Source: Prorocentrum cordatum
Lineage: Eukaryota
Direction of reading: 5' to 3'
NCBI GenBank assembly: GCA_963575745.1
Contig: CAUYUJ010000237.1
Span: forward strand, 124,001-188,000
Length of the DNA: 64,000 nucleotides
The notes under the pieces were generated by a model. It was given only the letters and a program-made list of their open reading frames with translations, searched no databases and was not told the DNA's origin. Within the stretch, counting starts at the first letter, position 1. Each line of letters opens with the position of its first letter. Of this stretch, positions 12,084 through 23,810 are shown piece by piece. The translations under genes were made by a program, and so were the position numbers.

Positions 12084-12367
12084 TCGGGAGGAGGAGGAGG
12101 AGGAGGAGGAGGAGGAGGAGGAGGAGGAGGAGGAGGAGGAGGAGGAGGAGGAGGAGGAGGAGGGAGGGGAGGGGCGAACGAAAGGGGGGGGATAGGGAAA
12201 GGGGGGGGGTACGAAATCTGCTGCGTGCAGCTGGCGTCGGCCCCACCGAGGGGCCCATGCCTCGATACATGGGCGCCTCCCGGCGCCAGGAGGCGCCAGT
12301 AAAAAATCAGCCACGTGAGCTGATTCTCAACCCCCCCCGTTGCTATCCCCCCTTTCGCCCGACCCGA
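12084..12367. mobile_element. MITE family B (TCGGG...CCCGA) with a (GAG)n tract inside the left TIR
   Basis: Homologous to 15304-15498; TIR cgaaagggggggatag/ctatcccccctttcg; flanks agcaa/aacaa. Confidence 0.8.
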
Positions 12368-13138
12368 AACAAGGAAAAGCGAAGGGTGGCGACAGACAGA
12401 AGTCGAGGAGATAACGGGAGGAGGGAGAATTGAATCGAGGCAGGCAGGATGCTTGGCAGCGGGGATTGTAGCTTGGCCGCATGTGGCGTACGATGGCCAG
12501 CTGGCCTTAGGTTGCAGCTACCTCCGCGCGAGATTCCGTCCACCCCCCAGGCCCACCCACCCCCAGGCCCACAGTCGGCAGGCAAAGTGGCAGCGGCGTG
12601 TCGAGTCGAGTCGAGTAGATGCGCTGAAGTCGAAGAGTGTGCCAGATGTAAAGGGTTGCTGAAGCCTACGGCGAAGGACCTGGCGCCCGGTACCAGCGTA
12701 GCTCGGGGAACAGCATGAGGTAATCGCTGGGGGACGAGAAAGGCTGGCGACGACCCTAGGCTGGCTGCGTTGTCCTCTGCGTGGCGACTGCTTCGCAATT
12801 TAATAGCCAATGTGACCAAATCAAGGTCGGAGTTGCGGGGCAGAAAGAAGGGCGGCGGGTATGGGTGTGGCGGTGGCGGCCCGTGTCCACATTCCCCGAT
12901 GTGGAAGGCACAGACGCTTCTGTCTTCCTCTGCGCGTAGGAGCCCCCACAGGCGGCCCCGAGGTCAGTCACGGATTCCCTCACTTGCAGGCAGGCGCAGG
13001 TTTCCCAGCACATTGACCTCAAGGCCGTTTGCATGTGTGCGTGCCTTCCTGGCCGTTGTGGGGATCCCCACGCTTGCCAGTCGAGTGGGCGGCCACTTTC
13101 GCCCAAGTGGAAGGCATAACGGCCTCCTGCACATAGGA

Positions 13139-13297
13139 TTAAGTCGAGCGTGTCCCTCTACAGGAGGGATGTTCAAACATAGTCAAAAATAGTATGGGGA
13201 CGACTTTATAAACATGTTTTGACAATGCTTGAGCATTTTGGTGAGTGTTTTTATTTGACGTCCAAAATCCGCCTGTAGGAGGACATGCCCGACCTAA
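13139..13297. mobile_element. MITE family C, 8-bp TSD (hAT-like by TSD length)
   Basis: TIR ttaagtcgagcgtgtcc / ggacatgcccgacctaa; exact TSD acatagga (13131-13138 and 13298-13305). Confidence 0.88.
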
Positions 13298-15303
13298 ACA
13301 TAGGACCCCCCCCAAAGCGTCGACTGGTACTCTCCCCTGACGAGCAGGAGTAGGGCACCCAGGCCACGGGAGTGGTGGCCGCTTCGGGGCGGTCCACACC
13401 GTGCTTGGGGGAGGTGTATGCCTTCCTTGGCGGTTGCACGGCCGTAGGTGAGTTGACGCTCCCCCCTCCCAGCAAAATGATCCCAACCCAGCACCGTGAA
13501 GTGAGTAGCGCTGCGGCAAATGAGGAGGTTGGTGGGAACGTGTTTTCACGCCTGAGTAAACAAACGTTGACGACAATAACACCTACGGTAGCATTTTGCT
13601 CTTCTCCGGTACTTCGCCACCGGGCTCTTGCCGAAGGCGTCCCTTTGCAAGAACTTCGGCTTCGGCACCGCCTGTTTCCGAGGCTATGCCTCCTCTCGGC
13701 CTCGCTCTGAGGCTCCGCCGCTTCCTCCCTCCTCTTCTCCGCCTAATTCAAGCTTCGCGCGGCCCGCTTAGCTTCGACCGGAAGAGGTGCGCTCTCGACC
13801 CGCAGATCAAAAAAGCTTTCACGCCCGAGGAAAGCTGGCAAACGACAGGAGATTGGTGCGGAAATGTAGGCTGTGCGGGCACGCTGCGCGCCCTGTGTGT
13901 CCAGCCCGAGCGATGCTAGGCACGGTGACGACCCGAGGCCCGTTGCGATGCAGCCACGGCTGCCCTTGCCTCTGCCAGGGCGGCCCGTGGCACGTTTCTG
14001 ACTCTTCCCCCCGCCGCATATCCGCCCCGCTCCACCACCGCAAGAGGAAGGATGGTGGGAGGTCAGCGTGGAAAGGCGGGGGAAGAGGGGGCCGCAAGAA
14101 GATGAGCCGAGAGAGAGCGTGAAGGCTGGAGGTTGGTAGAGGCCCTCATGCTGCATGCCATGTCTGTGGCTGAGATAGCCTCGTGGGGACCCACTGACAT
14201 CTCCTTGTGGGTGAGACTGCCCCGTAGGGGCCCGCTCGAGCACGTCGGATAAAGTATCATGCGTTGGTGAGAAAGCCCCTTGGGGGCCCACAGCATAGCA
14301 TGGCTGTTGTCGGTGCTCTCGCCGTGTGCTGTGCTGCGTAGCTGGGTGTCTGCGCCTCGCACTGCCGCCGATGGAGATGTAAGGGTACGACTTCTGCTAC
14401 CAGCTGTGCTGCTGCCGGTGGTAACCAGTGAGTGCGTACAGTTTGGTATGAGCGCAGTGCCGAGATGTGTAATTGCCATGGAGCAGCTGGTGCAGTCTGC
14501 TGTCTGCCGTGGAGCCAGAAGAGTCGAACTTGAGATGTGGGGAGTGGTGACGCACTGATGGGCCGCCGGTCCGCCGGTCCCACCCTGAGGCTAGGGCCTC
14601 GCAGTTGTTGGCGATCAGGGGGAGTCTCCTGATTCGCTGTAGTGTTGTATTCGAGCTGGTAGGCGACGTTGTTCAGTGGCCATGGTTGCCATTCTTGGTC
14701 AACTCCAGTCGTTGTGGTCGTCTCGGGGCTGCGAGCCTGCTGATCATGCAAGTCCGTGGGGTTGTTATGCCCTCCCTCCTACGGTGTGGTGGTCGGTATG
14801 CCCACTCTTTCAGGACGGTTGGGGCCGTAGACGCGCTAACCGCAATGCAGGTAACGGCGATGTAGGCTTCGGCATTGTAGATGGGACTGGTTCGTGGCCA
14901 AACCAATTGTAGGACATGGTGGTTCGTGCTTTCCTACAATTCCCTGCGTCGTATTCGCTCGATGCATTCGCACATTTGCAATGTAGGAAAGTGTGGTTCG
15001 TGATTCCATACAATTTGTTCTGCGCCAGCTCGGCGTCACAAAAGTCGGATTCCCAACACCGCCGTTAACCAACATCGCCGTCAGCGCGGCTTCGGTCCAG
15101 GTCGGTTGGGGGGGGCTGGGGTCGTATGCAGGCGTGGCTTCGTCCTGGTCGGTGATCGTCGTGCGGACATCTGCTGACACTGGCTGATGGTCGTTCTTGG
15201 TCGCACATGAGACTTCGGGTTGCTGTGCTGCTGCAGGTGGGCCCTCGCTCCAGCGGTGGGGGTGCCTAAGTCTGGACGTTGTTCGCGCCATGCTGCAAAT
15301 TGA

Positions 15304-15498
15304 TCGGGCGAACGAAAGGGGGGGATAGGGAAAGGGAGGGTCACGAAATCTGCTGCATGCAGCTGGTTTCGGCCCCGCCGCCGGGCTCATTCCTCGATAC
15401 ATGGGCGCCTCCTGGCGCTGGGAGGCGCTGGGAAAATCAGCTACGTGAGCTGATTATCTACCCTACTCTTTGCTATCCCCCCCTTTCGTTCCCCCCGA
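15304..15498. mobile_element. MITE family B, intact copy, 5-bp TSD
   Basis: tcgggcgaacgaaagggggggatag...ctatccccccctttcgttccccccga; exact TSD attga (15299-15303 and 15499-15503). Confidence 0.9.
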
Positions 15499-15520
15499 AT
15501 TGAGCGAGGGGCGTCTCTAA

Positions 15521-15931
15521 TGGGGCCGACCCAAACGGGGGTCCAGCGACAAGGGGGTGGTGCAGTAGTAGTGCAATAGATTTATGGGGTTGCAATACAT
15601 GTGGGTTGTGCAATACCTATCGGGGCGCAAATGTACTGCTGGATTCTCGCGCGCAATGCATTGCTTATAATGCAATGCAATATCATTCTCCGTCGCAAAA
15701 CACTTGCAATATAACTGCCCCAAATCTATTGCACCACCTTGAAATCGCCGCGGGGGCACAATCGGCTCTCCTCTAGAGGAGGGGGGTGTCGGGGCGCCAG
15801 TTTCCCGCAGTTCAAGGAAGCAGAATCGTCGATTCTATAGATTCGCAGTGCGTCGTCAGTGATGTCGGCGTCCAGCTGAAAGGGGGTGGTGCCACCACCC
15901 CCTTTCAGCTGGACCCCCTTTTGGGTCACCC
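15521..15931. mobile_element. Foldback/MITE-like element with ~40-bp TIRs and a terminal perfect hairpin
   Basis: Left gacccaaacgggggtccagcgacaagggggtggtg vs right caccaccccctttcagctggacccccttttgggtc; 22-bp perfect palindrome arms at 15870-15914. Confidence 0.7.
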
Positions 15932-17978
15932 AAATCTAAGCGGTTGAGCCTGGCGGTGCTGTTGCCGAAGCTCATCTCGTGGTCTTGCGGTGCTGGCCCT
16001 CGTGGCTGCGGGCCGTGGTGCCGTGGCTCGGAGAGTGGGCTCGAGCTCGTGCTCGCGCTGGGCTGCTTGGCGGAGGAGGAAAAGGAGGAGGAGGAGGAGG
16101 AGGAGGAGGAGGAGGAGGAGGAGCAGGAGGAGGAGGAGGAGGAGGAGGAGAAGGAGGAGGAGGAGGAGGGAGGAGGAGGGAGGAGGAGGAGGGAGGAGGA
16201 GGAGAAGACGCGAAGCAAGCAGACGACGCACGCGCAGGCAGCAGGGCCAGGGTCTGCGGTTGGCCTGCTACACCCTTGTGGCCGGGTGGAGTGATCCGCG
16301 GCAGCGGCGCGCAGATCGGGGCCTCCGCAGAAGGCTCTGAAGGCCTCCGGACTCCGGCCTTCTGAGGGGCTTCTTGAGCCGTCTCCGAAGCCCACCTGCA
16401 CCGAAGGCCGAGGTACTCGCGGCCGCGCCGCGCCACCGCCCAATCATCAGGGTGGTCGAGATCTCCGATGATCAGCCCACACTGCAGGGACCGAGCACAG
16501 CGATGTTTAGCTTGGTTCTGGCCCGTGATCTGTTGATCGTTTCGTTTTATCGCAGCTCGTTGGTCTTGCTGATGGCATTTGATGGCTGCGGCGGCGGTCT
16601 CTCTCTCTCTCTCTCTCTGGAAGCGCGTGATAGCGAAGGGCACAGATGCTGGAGGTCGGATTGTAGCGTATGCCCAGCTTGATGTGCATGAATCGGCTGC
16701 AGCGTTTATGTGCAACTGCAGCTGGCGCGAGTATGTGATCGCAGTCGTCGCCGATCTGGTACGTTAGCATCGTGGCGAGCTGGTGGTTAACGAAGTGGGC
16801 GAGTACAGACAGTCTGCCTATGGGTCATCGCGAACAGGCGTGCTTCCTGTGGCCCGTCGTGCCTGAGGACGTAGTTGAGCGATGATTCAACGTAGCTCAT
16901 GATCCTGTCGTACTCGAAGTGCGTGTCACGGTGTACGTCCTGCTCGAGGTCGCAGTTGTCACCGATGTTGGTCATGTTGTTGAGGTGTCATGAGATCATC
17001 GTTTGCAAGTGGATCTTGAAGAGAGGAGTGTTGCGTTCGTAGTGGATGCTGCTGATGTTGTCGGTCAGCCGTTCGATAATGTCTTGTTGCCTCTCACTGT
17101 GGTCAGATTCCGAAGTCGTCCCGTTTGGTGGTTGCTCGGTCGACAGCCTCGCTTGCTCGTATAAGGTGTCCATGTGGCGTCTTCTAAGTGCCTTGGCTTT
17201 GATTGTGGGCGCCTAGCTGTGCGGGGACGTGGAGAGACCACCGCTGCCGCTAAGTGTCCTCGGCTCGCTGATGCTCAGTGGTGGTGTCTTAGGTGGTGGC
17301 TTGGATCTAACATCCTGGTAGGGTAGGCGCGGCGCTGTGGCACTGCTTGAAGCCCCGTCTTCATTAGCCGTCGTGCTCTGCTGTTTCAGCACGCTGCTTG
17401 GTCCGCTGATGGTTGGTGGTGCCTTGTAGTGTAGCTCATGTGCGGCTGCAGGTGTTGTTTCGCTTGCCGTGGGTATTGTTGTAGCCAGGATCGGCGCCGC
17501 CATTGGCGCTGCAATGTGGTGGTTGTGGCCAGGATCGGCGCCGCCGTTGGTGCTGCAATGTGGTGGTCGTCAGGCTGGTGGGTCATTCGCGGTTCCGGAG
17601 CCGCCTGGATCTCCGCGATGATTTTCAGGACCCCCTCATTGGTCACAAAGTTGTCGGCCTGATTGGACAGGAGCAGGCTCGTGAGGTGGCCGCCGGGGCT
17701 GTCGGATCGCACGAGCTCGGTCATCTGGTTATCATTCAGGCCAGTTATGGTTTCCTTGAGGATAGTTACCTTATCCTTGAAGTCGTAGTCGGTGTAGTAC
17801 CTGGTGACGGTTTCATCCAGGGCGGATATATCTATCAACGTAGTGCGATATTGCCTGTGGTGACGGCGAGCGTGCCCTCGGAGGGGATGGCGGAGGTGGT
17901 GGCTGCCCTTCGTCGCGCGGCGCCATAGGTGGGTATCTCATGAGGTTCTCGTTGGCGTCGTACGGGCACTCCAGGTTG

Positions 17979-18134
17979 TCGGAAAAAACACACAGACACA
18001 ATGAATCGCCGATTCCCCAGACAATATAGGAAAATATGGGAAGTGGGGGGGAAGACAAAAACCCAGAAACTATTTAGAAAATGGGGAATCCTGGTATTTG
18101 TGTTTACCTATGTGTGTGTCCTTGGGCCCCTTCA
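17979..18134. mobile_element. Family A copy without TSD
   Basis: acacacagacaca...atatgggaagtgggggggaagac...gtgtccttgggccccttca; flanks do not match. Confidence 0.8.
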
Positions 18135-20429
18135 GACAGCTCTCTTCCAGCCTGAACGCCTTAGCCCATTGCCTGGGTCATCCCCTGTGGATTCCCTGGT
18201 GTCCAGGCTGTCGTAGCCTACTTGGGCGCGCCACTCGGCAGGCGCGCCGTTAACTTGGCTTCGGGCCGAAGCCAAGGGTCGCATATCCTGTTGTCCCGGC
18301 AGGTGTCGTTTTGTTTACGCTTTGGGTTGACGTTTCTGTTTCTGTGTTGGTCGACCGCAACACCAAAAGTCGAACACTGGGGAAACAAAAAAGACGCCCC
18401 CAGCGTTTTTTAGAACAACTAAGGCTTCGGCAGGGGCAGTCGATGGTGGGGTGCCAGAGGAAGGCCGTGGGGAGGCAGGCTTTCTGAAGGGCCTGTGCCA
18501 GCGTGTGCGCGTCCCAGGTCGTGTGGTTCGGTTGATAAAGCGGCGGATGTAGGCAGTTTGGTGGTGGCGGCTCGCTGTGGGGGCCTGCCTGGCGAGTCGA
18601 ACTGTCAGTGATGACTCGGTTCGTTGTCTTCGGGTGCCTTGCTGTGGCTCGCTGTGGTCTTTGTCGCTCCACCCTCGCAATCTTGGTGGTGTGCGTGTGA
18701 GGGATGATCTCGCTGGTCTTCGTGCGCTTCGCAAAGCCCATCTGCTCGATCTGTGCCTCGTAGTCGTCGCTGATGCGGTTGCAGAAGTCGGTCCTCGTCT
18801 TGGTTAGCATCCTCCTTCCTGCACGTGCTTCAGGCTGAATATGTGACATGGGGTCGTGGATGTCGGCTGCAGTTGTCTTCACGAAGCCGAAGACCTGGAG
18901 TTCTGCTGGCTCCTCCCGTCCGGCGGGTTTGGGAGGTGGTGGTCGTCTGATCACGTCTGCCTCCAAAGGTGGCATCACGTCCGTGGTTCTGCGTTGGCCT
19001 TGGATAGTGTCCTCGTGCGTGACGTCGGCTGGTAGGTACCAGTTGATTCATGCGATGGTGGGCCACTGTGGGTTTCCCTTGGATGGTGGCCCCAGCTGAT
19101 ATTCGCACCTCTCGGTCACCTCGGTGAAGTGGTTGATGGGGACCCCGTACTCGACATTCTAGTCCTTGAGGAGGTGGTCCCCTTCGTTGGTAGCCTCGAT
19201 CAAAGGTACCAGGTCTCCGTTGGGGTCGCCTCCCGCGACGTGGAGGTCTGCGCGAATCTGGGGTGTCATATACAGGTTGTTCTTGTCGAAGACCAGATTG
19301 TCACTGTGAGGAAGTACGGCCTTGGTGCCCATGGTTGTCAAGGTGTCCGTCAGGTAGGGGAGGCGGGCTAGGGCTTCGCTCGGGTCCTGCACGTTGCTGT
19401 TCTCGTCAGTCGCGTGGATCAGGTCGGGCGCATTGCTGGTCATGTGGAGCAGGTGGATGGCCTTACGTTCCGCGCTCTGTAGGTCGGCTCGCTTGAGCAC
19501 CTGCGTAGTCAGGACCTTGTGGGTATGGTCGACGTTGGGCATCTCTGTCCCGTGCTGGCCAGTCTGGGGTGGGACGAGGTAGATCATGTTCGTCTCGGCA
19601 AGCTCCTTGGCCCGCTCCCAGGGTAGAACGGCGATCAGGTCTCGGCGGTGCGTGTCGTTATGGTTGCCGTCGCCCCTGCTTCTGACCCAGACTGCCTTTC
19701 TGTAGTCAAGTATGTGGGTCGTGCCATGTAGTGGCGGTCCATGTTGTTGAGGCCGATGTCCGTGTGATTCCTTTTGAAGAGTGAACGAATCGCGCCTTCG
19801 GCTTTCGCTGCTGTGTTCCCCTTCCAAGTGGTGGTGGTGGTGGTCGCTCTCAAGTACGCGAGGCTGTAGTGATGATTGTATGTCTTTTTGTCCATCCTCT
19901 TGGCGTGTTGGTTGGGATGAAGACCCGCCCGACCTCCAGTCAGCCAGTGCTGCGTAATTATACTCCTTTTGTCTGGTGCTCGGGCCGTTGGTCTTGCGGG
20001 TTGTGGTCCAGTCGACGGTCTTCTGGTGGTCTGTAGTCGAGCAGCTCAATTCCTGGCTGTATGTTTTTACCCCCGCAGTATCCTCGGCTGGTCTTCTTGT
20101 TGGAATTCTGGGGGGCGCTCGGTGCGATGTTTGGTCGTCCTTGCTGCTGTGGTTGTTGTACTCTTTTTTCGTTCTTTGAGGTCAGGTCCTTGGTGCCCTT
20201 GGTGATCCTGAACTCGGCCTTGTCGGAGAAAGTGGTCTTCGGGAGACGGTTGAATATCCTGTAGTCGATCGTAGCGATGCATGGGTCGATCCCGTCGTTG
20301 AGCTTTCTGTCCCAATGTAGGTCAACAGGTGGCTCCATTGCGGGTAAGTCCGTGCCGGTCGCATTGTGGTGTCGGTGATTGTAAGGTCGGGTCCGCATCT
20401 TTGAGCCAGATGTCCGCGGTTTGCGGGCT

Positions 20430-20852
20430 GGAAGGTAAGGGGTCGAAGTCGAATTGGCGGAGGGCTCCCCCCTGAGTTGCAGGGCGGGCGGGGCTTCGAA
20501 CTGGGGGAGGGGGCCCCCCCGCTGTCCAAGGGAGGTGGGGTCGCACTGGGAGGAGGGGGTCCCCCCCTTCTGTCCGGGGGGGGAGGGGGTGGCGCGAACG
20601 GGGGGGTGCCTCCACGCCCCTCGAGCTGCAGGGGGGGGGGGGGGCTCGAACCGGGGCCCGCCCCTGGAGTTGCAAGGGGGGGAGGTTCGAACTGGGCGGG
20701 GGCCCCCCCCTTCTGCAGCCGACGACGGCGAGCGCCAGCGCAGGCGCCGTCGCCATCGGGCAGCGACGACGACGACGATGATGACGACGACGACGACGGC
20801 GACGACGGCGGCGACGATGACGACGACGACGACGGCGACGGCGGCGACGACG

Positions 20853-20937
<85 letters not shown>

Positions 20938-21001
20938 CGGCCACGGCGACGGTGACGGTGACGGCGAGGGCGACGGCGACGACGGCGATGACGACGACGA
21001 G

Positions 21002-21033
<32 letters not shown>

Positions 21034-21072
21034 CGACGGCGACGACGACGGCGATTCAGACAGCGACGGCTC

Positions 21073-21145
<73 letters not shown>

Positions 21146-21199
21146 TGCGACGGCGACGGCGACTGGGACGACGGCGTTGACGACGACGACGACGATGAC

Positions 21200-21231
<32 letters not shown>

Positions 21232-21262
21232 CGGCGACTGCGACGGCGACTGCGACAGCGAC

Positions 21263-21301
<39 letters not shown>

Positions 21302-21500
21302 TGCCTTCCGCCCGGTTCGAACATCCTCCAAATTTGGGCAGGGAGGGGTGGAACCGTCCCCGGTTCGAACCTTTGCCCCTCTTGGACAGGCAGCAGGGAG
21401 GGGGGGGGCCTCCCCGGTTCGAAGATCCCCACCCTTGGGGCTCAGGGGAGGGTGGGGGGCCCCCCTCTGTTGGAATCCCTCCCGCCCCTTGGAAAGGGGG
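20430..21500. repeat. G/C-run repeat punctuated by TTCGAA palindromes, enclosing a ~540-bp (GAC/GGC)n tract
   Basis: Multiple gttcgaac/ctcgaac motifs with G5-G13 runs at 20430-20710 and 21310-21500; related sequence at ~24000-24240; (GAC)n at 20762-21301. Confidence 0.8.
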
Positions 21501-21526
21501 GGGGGAGTAGGACCTTGCGTTTATGC

Positions 21527-21686
21527 TCGAGTCGGGCGTGTCCCTCTACAGGAGGAGTATTCAAAAATAGTCAAAAATAGTTTGGGGACTATTCTTTGAG
21601 TACGTTCGAGCATTTTCAGCATATTGGTGGACTATTTTTTCTTTTTTTCGTCCAGAATACCCATGTAGGGGACATGCCCGACCTGA
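21527..21686. mobile_element. MITE family C, second copy
   Basis: tcgagtcgggcgtgtccctctaca...tgtaggggacatgcccgacctga; TSD gtttatgc/gttgatgc (7/8). Confidence 0.85.
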
Positions 21687-21689
21687 GTT

Positions 21690-23810
21690 GATGCGTATAC
21701 AACCAGGTGTTTTTGTTTTACAGATTGTAGACACCCACGCTGAATCAAATTCCTGGTGGTGCACATCCCCCACATTTGAAGTCCTTGTGTAGCAGCCTTT
21801 ACAGAAGGATTCTTTGTTTATGGCGATACTACAAAAGGAGGAACATCGGGGAACAAAAACAAGGAAGACATGACACAACCTGTGCCTTCGCATAGACATA
21901 TGGGAAAAGGCCATGGAACCTGTGACGGTCTATATGTTATACGGTGCTGACCCCCACAAAATACACCGTTTCGTAGCAGCCTTTACAAAAAGGATTCGTT
22001 TTTATTTATCTGTTTTGTGGAAGCCTTCTTACAAAAGATGTTAATGTGTGGCGTTCCTACAAAACGGTTTCGAGAGTGAAAGAATTGCGGCGACGGCATG
22101 CTGAGTCCAGAAAAGCTTAAGAGGATAAATTGAAACAGCAGAAAAAGAATGGCAACCTGAAAAAGCCTGCGCGCTCGCAGCAACAACTAGGAAACAAGTA
22201 TGAACATTTTTGGTTGTAGACCCCCGACACATAGACTCCTTGTGCAGCAGCTTTCACAACAGACCAGGATTGTTTGTGTGGCGACATTACAAAAAAATGT
22301 GTCGTAGGGGATACGACATGGCCTCCACACTTGGGATTATCAGTGTGGCCTCTTGTGGTGTCTTCTTTTGAAAGAAGCAACTGCGGTGGATTTGCAATGG
22401 CGGCACCTGGAACCCAGGAAGGCTAGAGAAGAAAACAAGACAACAGGAAACACATGACTCAACTTGTGTTCTCACAGGGAAAAGTTGGAATACGCCCGGA
22501 AAACAGGTGACCGTCTTTATTCTTATGGCGAGATCCCTTAGGATTGGAATCCGTTTAGAGGAGCCGTCACATAAGGATTCCGATTGTGGCGACACTACAA
22601 AAGGATTTAACGTGTTGAAAGAATATTTGGTTCAAGGCTGCCACAGATGGAGTTCAAGTGTGGAGGCCATTGCAGATCCCCCACACTTGAAATTCGTGTG
22701 TAAGGTAGCCACAATAAGGAATCCTGGTGTAAAGGCTTCTACACCATAGTTTACATCGTGGGGGATCAGCAACCGAAAAATAGCGACAGTCACGATATGT
22801 CCTAGCCTTTTCCATTTTTTCCATGTGGAAACGTAAGCTTTTTCATCTTTGTCACATGTTCCTTTTTAGCTCTCCTGGGCTCAATGTGCGGCCGCCTCGT
22901 ATTCATCACAGTTAAAGTCCTTTGTGCCAGGCTGCACCAGGAATCCCTTTGTGCAGGCTGCCACACCAGGAATCCCCTTGCATAGGCTGCCACAGTGAGG
23001 ATCCTAAGTGTGGAGGCCACTGCAGATCTACCACACTTCAGATCCTTTTTCCAAGGTCGCCACGCACGGAATCATTTTTTTACACAGGCTGCTACAACAT
23101 GATTTCAAGTGTTGGGGATCTGCACCATAAGAATTGCGAGAATCACCGGTGTCGTAGCTTCAAGCAATTTGTCATGTTTCCTTCGTTTTCCTTTATAGCC
23201 TTCGTGGGCACACGGTGCCGCCACTGCAGATCCCTCACACTGGAAACTTTCTTGAAAGAGTTCCACACAAGGATTCCAAGTGTGGAGCCCAGTGCAGATC
23301 CCCCCAATTGAAATAATTGTGCAAGATCGCCAGAAAAGAAATCCTTTTACGAAGGCTGCTACAAAAAGGTTTCACTTGCGGGGTAGCATCGCCGTAAGAA
23401 TAGCGACGATCACAGGTTTCGTTGCTTTTTCCTATTTATCCATGTGAAAGCACAGTTTGTTTCCGGGCTGTTCCTTTTTTGTCACGTCTTCTTTCGTTTT
23501 CCTGGGCTCAAGGTGCCGCCACTGCAGATACCAACAATTGAAACTTTTTAGTCAGGCCGCCACCAAAATAATCGTTGCGCAGGCTGCCAAACAAGGATTC
23601 CAAGTGTGTAGGCCACCGCAGATCCCCCACCATTGAAGCCATTTTTTGAAAGAACGCCACACAAGGAATCGTTTTTCCAAAGGCTGCTACAACAGGGCTT
23701 GGATTATGGAGGCCATTGCGTATCCCCCATCATCGGATTCCTGTTGGTAAGATCGCAACAAAAAGAACCCTTCTCTGCAAAAGGCTGCTGCAAGAGGATT
23801 TGTTTGGAAA
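21690..23810. repeat. Relatively AT-rich modular repeat with units in both orientations
   Basis: Recurring gcagatcccccacacttg, aaggattccaagtgtggaggcc and aaggctgctacaa motifs and their reverse complements. Confidence 0.7.

Larger units (their letters stand above)
14640..20398 (-). pseudogene. Fragmented long coding sequence (segments ~20398-18430, ~17975-16630, ~15300-14640) with tentative Tpt1/KptA-like motifs
   Basis: A/C-rich protein-like minus-strand frames; ORFs 17503, 17173 and 16975 share one frame separated by single stops. Motifs SSLNYVLRHDG, SRF..ICALRYHA, GLNNMDRHY and LELTKNG loosely match Tpt1 by eye only. Confidence 0.45.

Noticed and set aside
13337..13343. CTGACGA hammerhead-like core
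   Set aside because: No stem II followed by GAAA downstream.
22622..22637. Weak SL-like match atatttggttcaag (also ttgagccacaaaa near position 10)
   Set aside because: Several mismatches, inside repeats, and no ORF follows.
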